IMG/VR virus record: IMGVR_UViG_3300023176_002545
Direction: 5' to 3' (one strand)
DNA length: 64,000 nucleotides
DNA from: a virus
Shown: positions 63,261 through 64,000 of the stretch, piece after piece
Position numbering within the stretch: the stretch's first letter is position 1
How the letters are laid out: the number at the start of each line of letters is the position of its first letter
The notes under the pieces: model-generated
Database searches by the model: none
What the model was told of the DNA's origin: nothing
Seen by the model: only the letters and a program-made list of their open reading frames with translations
Translations under genes and position numbers: made by a program

Positions 63261-63999
63261 CGGTTTCTTCCACTGACTCTGTAACAAGCAATAGATTACC
63301 GTCTTTGACATCGACTTTTACGTCACCACCGTTTCGAAGATCACCAAACAACAATAGTTTCGACAAAGGACGTTTAATGTCTTGATCGATAACACGTTGT
63401 AATGGTCTTGCACCCATTGTTGGATCAAAGCCTTTATCAACTAGATAATCTAGTGCATCGTCTGTAATAGTCATATTTACGTCTTTGTCTACAATTTGAG
63501 TTTTTAGTTCTAGCAAGAACTTACCAACAATCTTCATCATTGTGTTCTTTTCTAGTTTACCAAATGTAATAACGCCATCAAGTCTATTACGGAACTCTGG
63601 ACTAAAGTATTGTTTTAGTTCAGTATCTTCATAGTCTCGAACATCTTCACCAAAACCAATAGTATTCTGTTCGCTTGCGGCTGCACCCAAGTTAGTAGTT
63701 AAAATAAGAACACAATTACGTGCATCTGCTACTTTACCATTACTACCTGTAACAAAACCATTGTCCATAATCTGTAGTAGGATCTGTGAAACATCTGGGT
63801 GTGCTTTTTCAATTTCGTCTAGCAATAGAACACAGTTAGGAGTTTCTTGAAGTTTAGTAATCAATAGTCCTGCGTTTTCTTCGTGTCCTACATAGCCTGG
63901 AGGTGAACCAATAAACTTAGCAACTGAGTGCTTCTCCATAAACTCTGACATGTCAAAGCGTACTAATGGAATACCCAAGTGCTTGCTCAACTGTTTAGC
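63247..63999 (-). CDS. clpA: ClpA/ClpB-family AAA+ ATPase, C-terminal D2 domain (truncated by window edge)
   Basis: RFDMSEFMEKHSVAKFIGSPPGYVG, LLLDEIEKAHPDV, LILTTN, FSPEFRNRLD, MGARPLQR. Confidence 0.9.
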   Translation of the reverse strand, partial: AKQLSKHLGIPLVRFDMSEFMEKHSVAKFIGSPPGYVGHEENAGLLITKLQETPNCVLLLDEIEKAHPDVSQILLQIMDNGFVTGSNGKVADARNCVLILTTNLGAAASEQNTIGFGEDVRDYEDTELKQYFSPEFRNRLDGVITFGKLEKNTMMKIVGKFLLELKTQIVDKDVNMTITDDALDYLVDKGFDPTMGARPLQRVIDQDIKRPLSKLLLFGDLRNGGDVKVDVKDGNLLLVTESVEETVVSE

Positions 64000-64000
64000 A

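Noticed and set aside
1-64000. Stop-codon reassignment, as in some jumbo phages
   Set aside because: Long genes (polymerase, ligase, tail fibre) are intact in the standard code, and TAA, TAG and TGA all serve as stops at coupled junctions
1-64000. tRNA, rRNA, CRISPR array, integrase or transposase
   Set aside because: Intergenic gaps are mostly under 100 nt; no cloverleaf, repeat-spacer pattern or recombinase motif was seen by eye

Overview
This 64-kb AT-rich window looks like part of a large T4-like (jumbo-type) tailed-phage genome, densely coding in the standard genetic code. It has four blocks. (1) 1-21.8 kb: a tailoring-enzyme island with ten paralogous radical SAM enzymes, glycosyltransferase-like proteins, a UDP-glucose dehydrogenase, a methyltransferase, a QueC-like PP-loop ATPase, four 2OG-Fe(II)-type oxygenases, two pseudokinases and a frameshifted SDR. 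(2) 22-33 kb: MoxR-type AAA+/VWA pair, ATP-dependent DNA ligase, phosphoesterase, T4-type RNase H and hypotheticals. (3) 33-48.7 kb: a 7-deazaguanine DNA-modification locus (QueE, FolE, QueD/DpdL-like, DpdA/TGT-like) interleaved with a glycosyltransferase, PRTase and HIT protein, then a probable sliding clamp, sugar-nucleotide enzymes and a family-B DNA polymerase. (4) 48.8-64 kb: a run of putative head-internal proteins sharing a T4-like capsid-targeting N-terminus (one carries a peptidoglycan-binding domain plus two annexin repeats), a tail-fibre-like gene and a partial ClpA. Eight near-consensus sigma70 promoters lie only in blocks 2-3. A T4-late-like NTAA(A/G)TA motif marks blocks 1 and 4 and also occurs at several sites in blocks 2-3; it is often exactly 5 nt before an ATG, suggesting leaderless mRNAs. 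No tRNA, rRNA, CRISPR array, integrase or transposase was seen. All protein assignments come from motifs recognised by eye; no database search was run.
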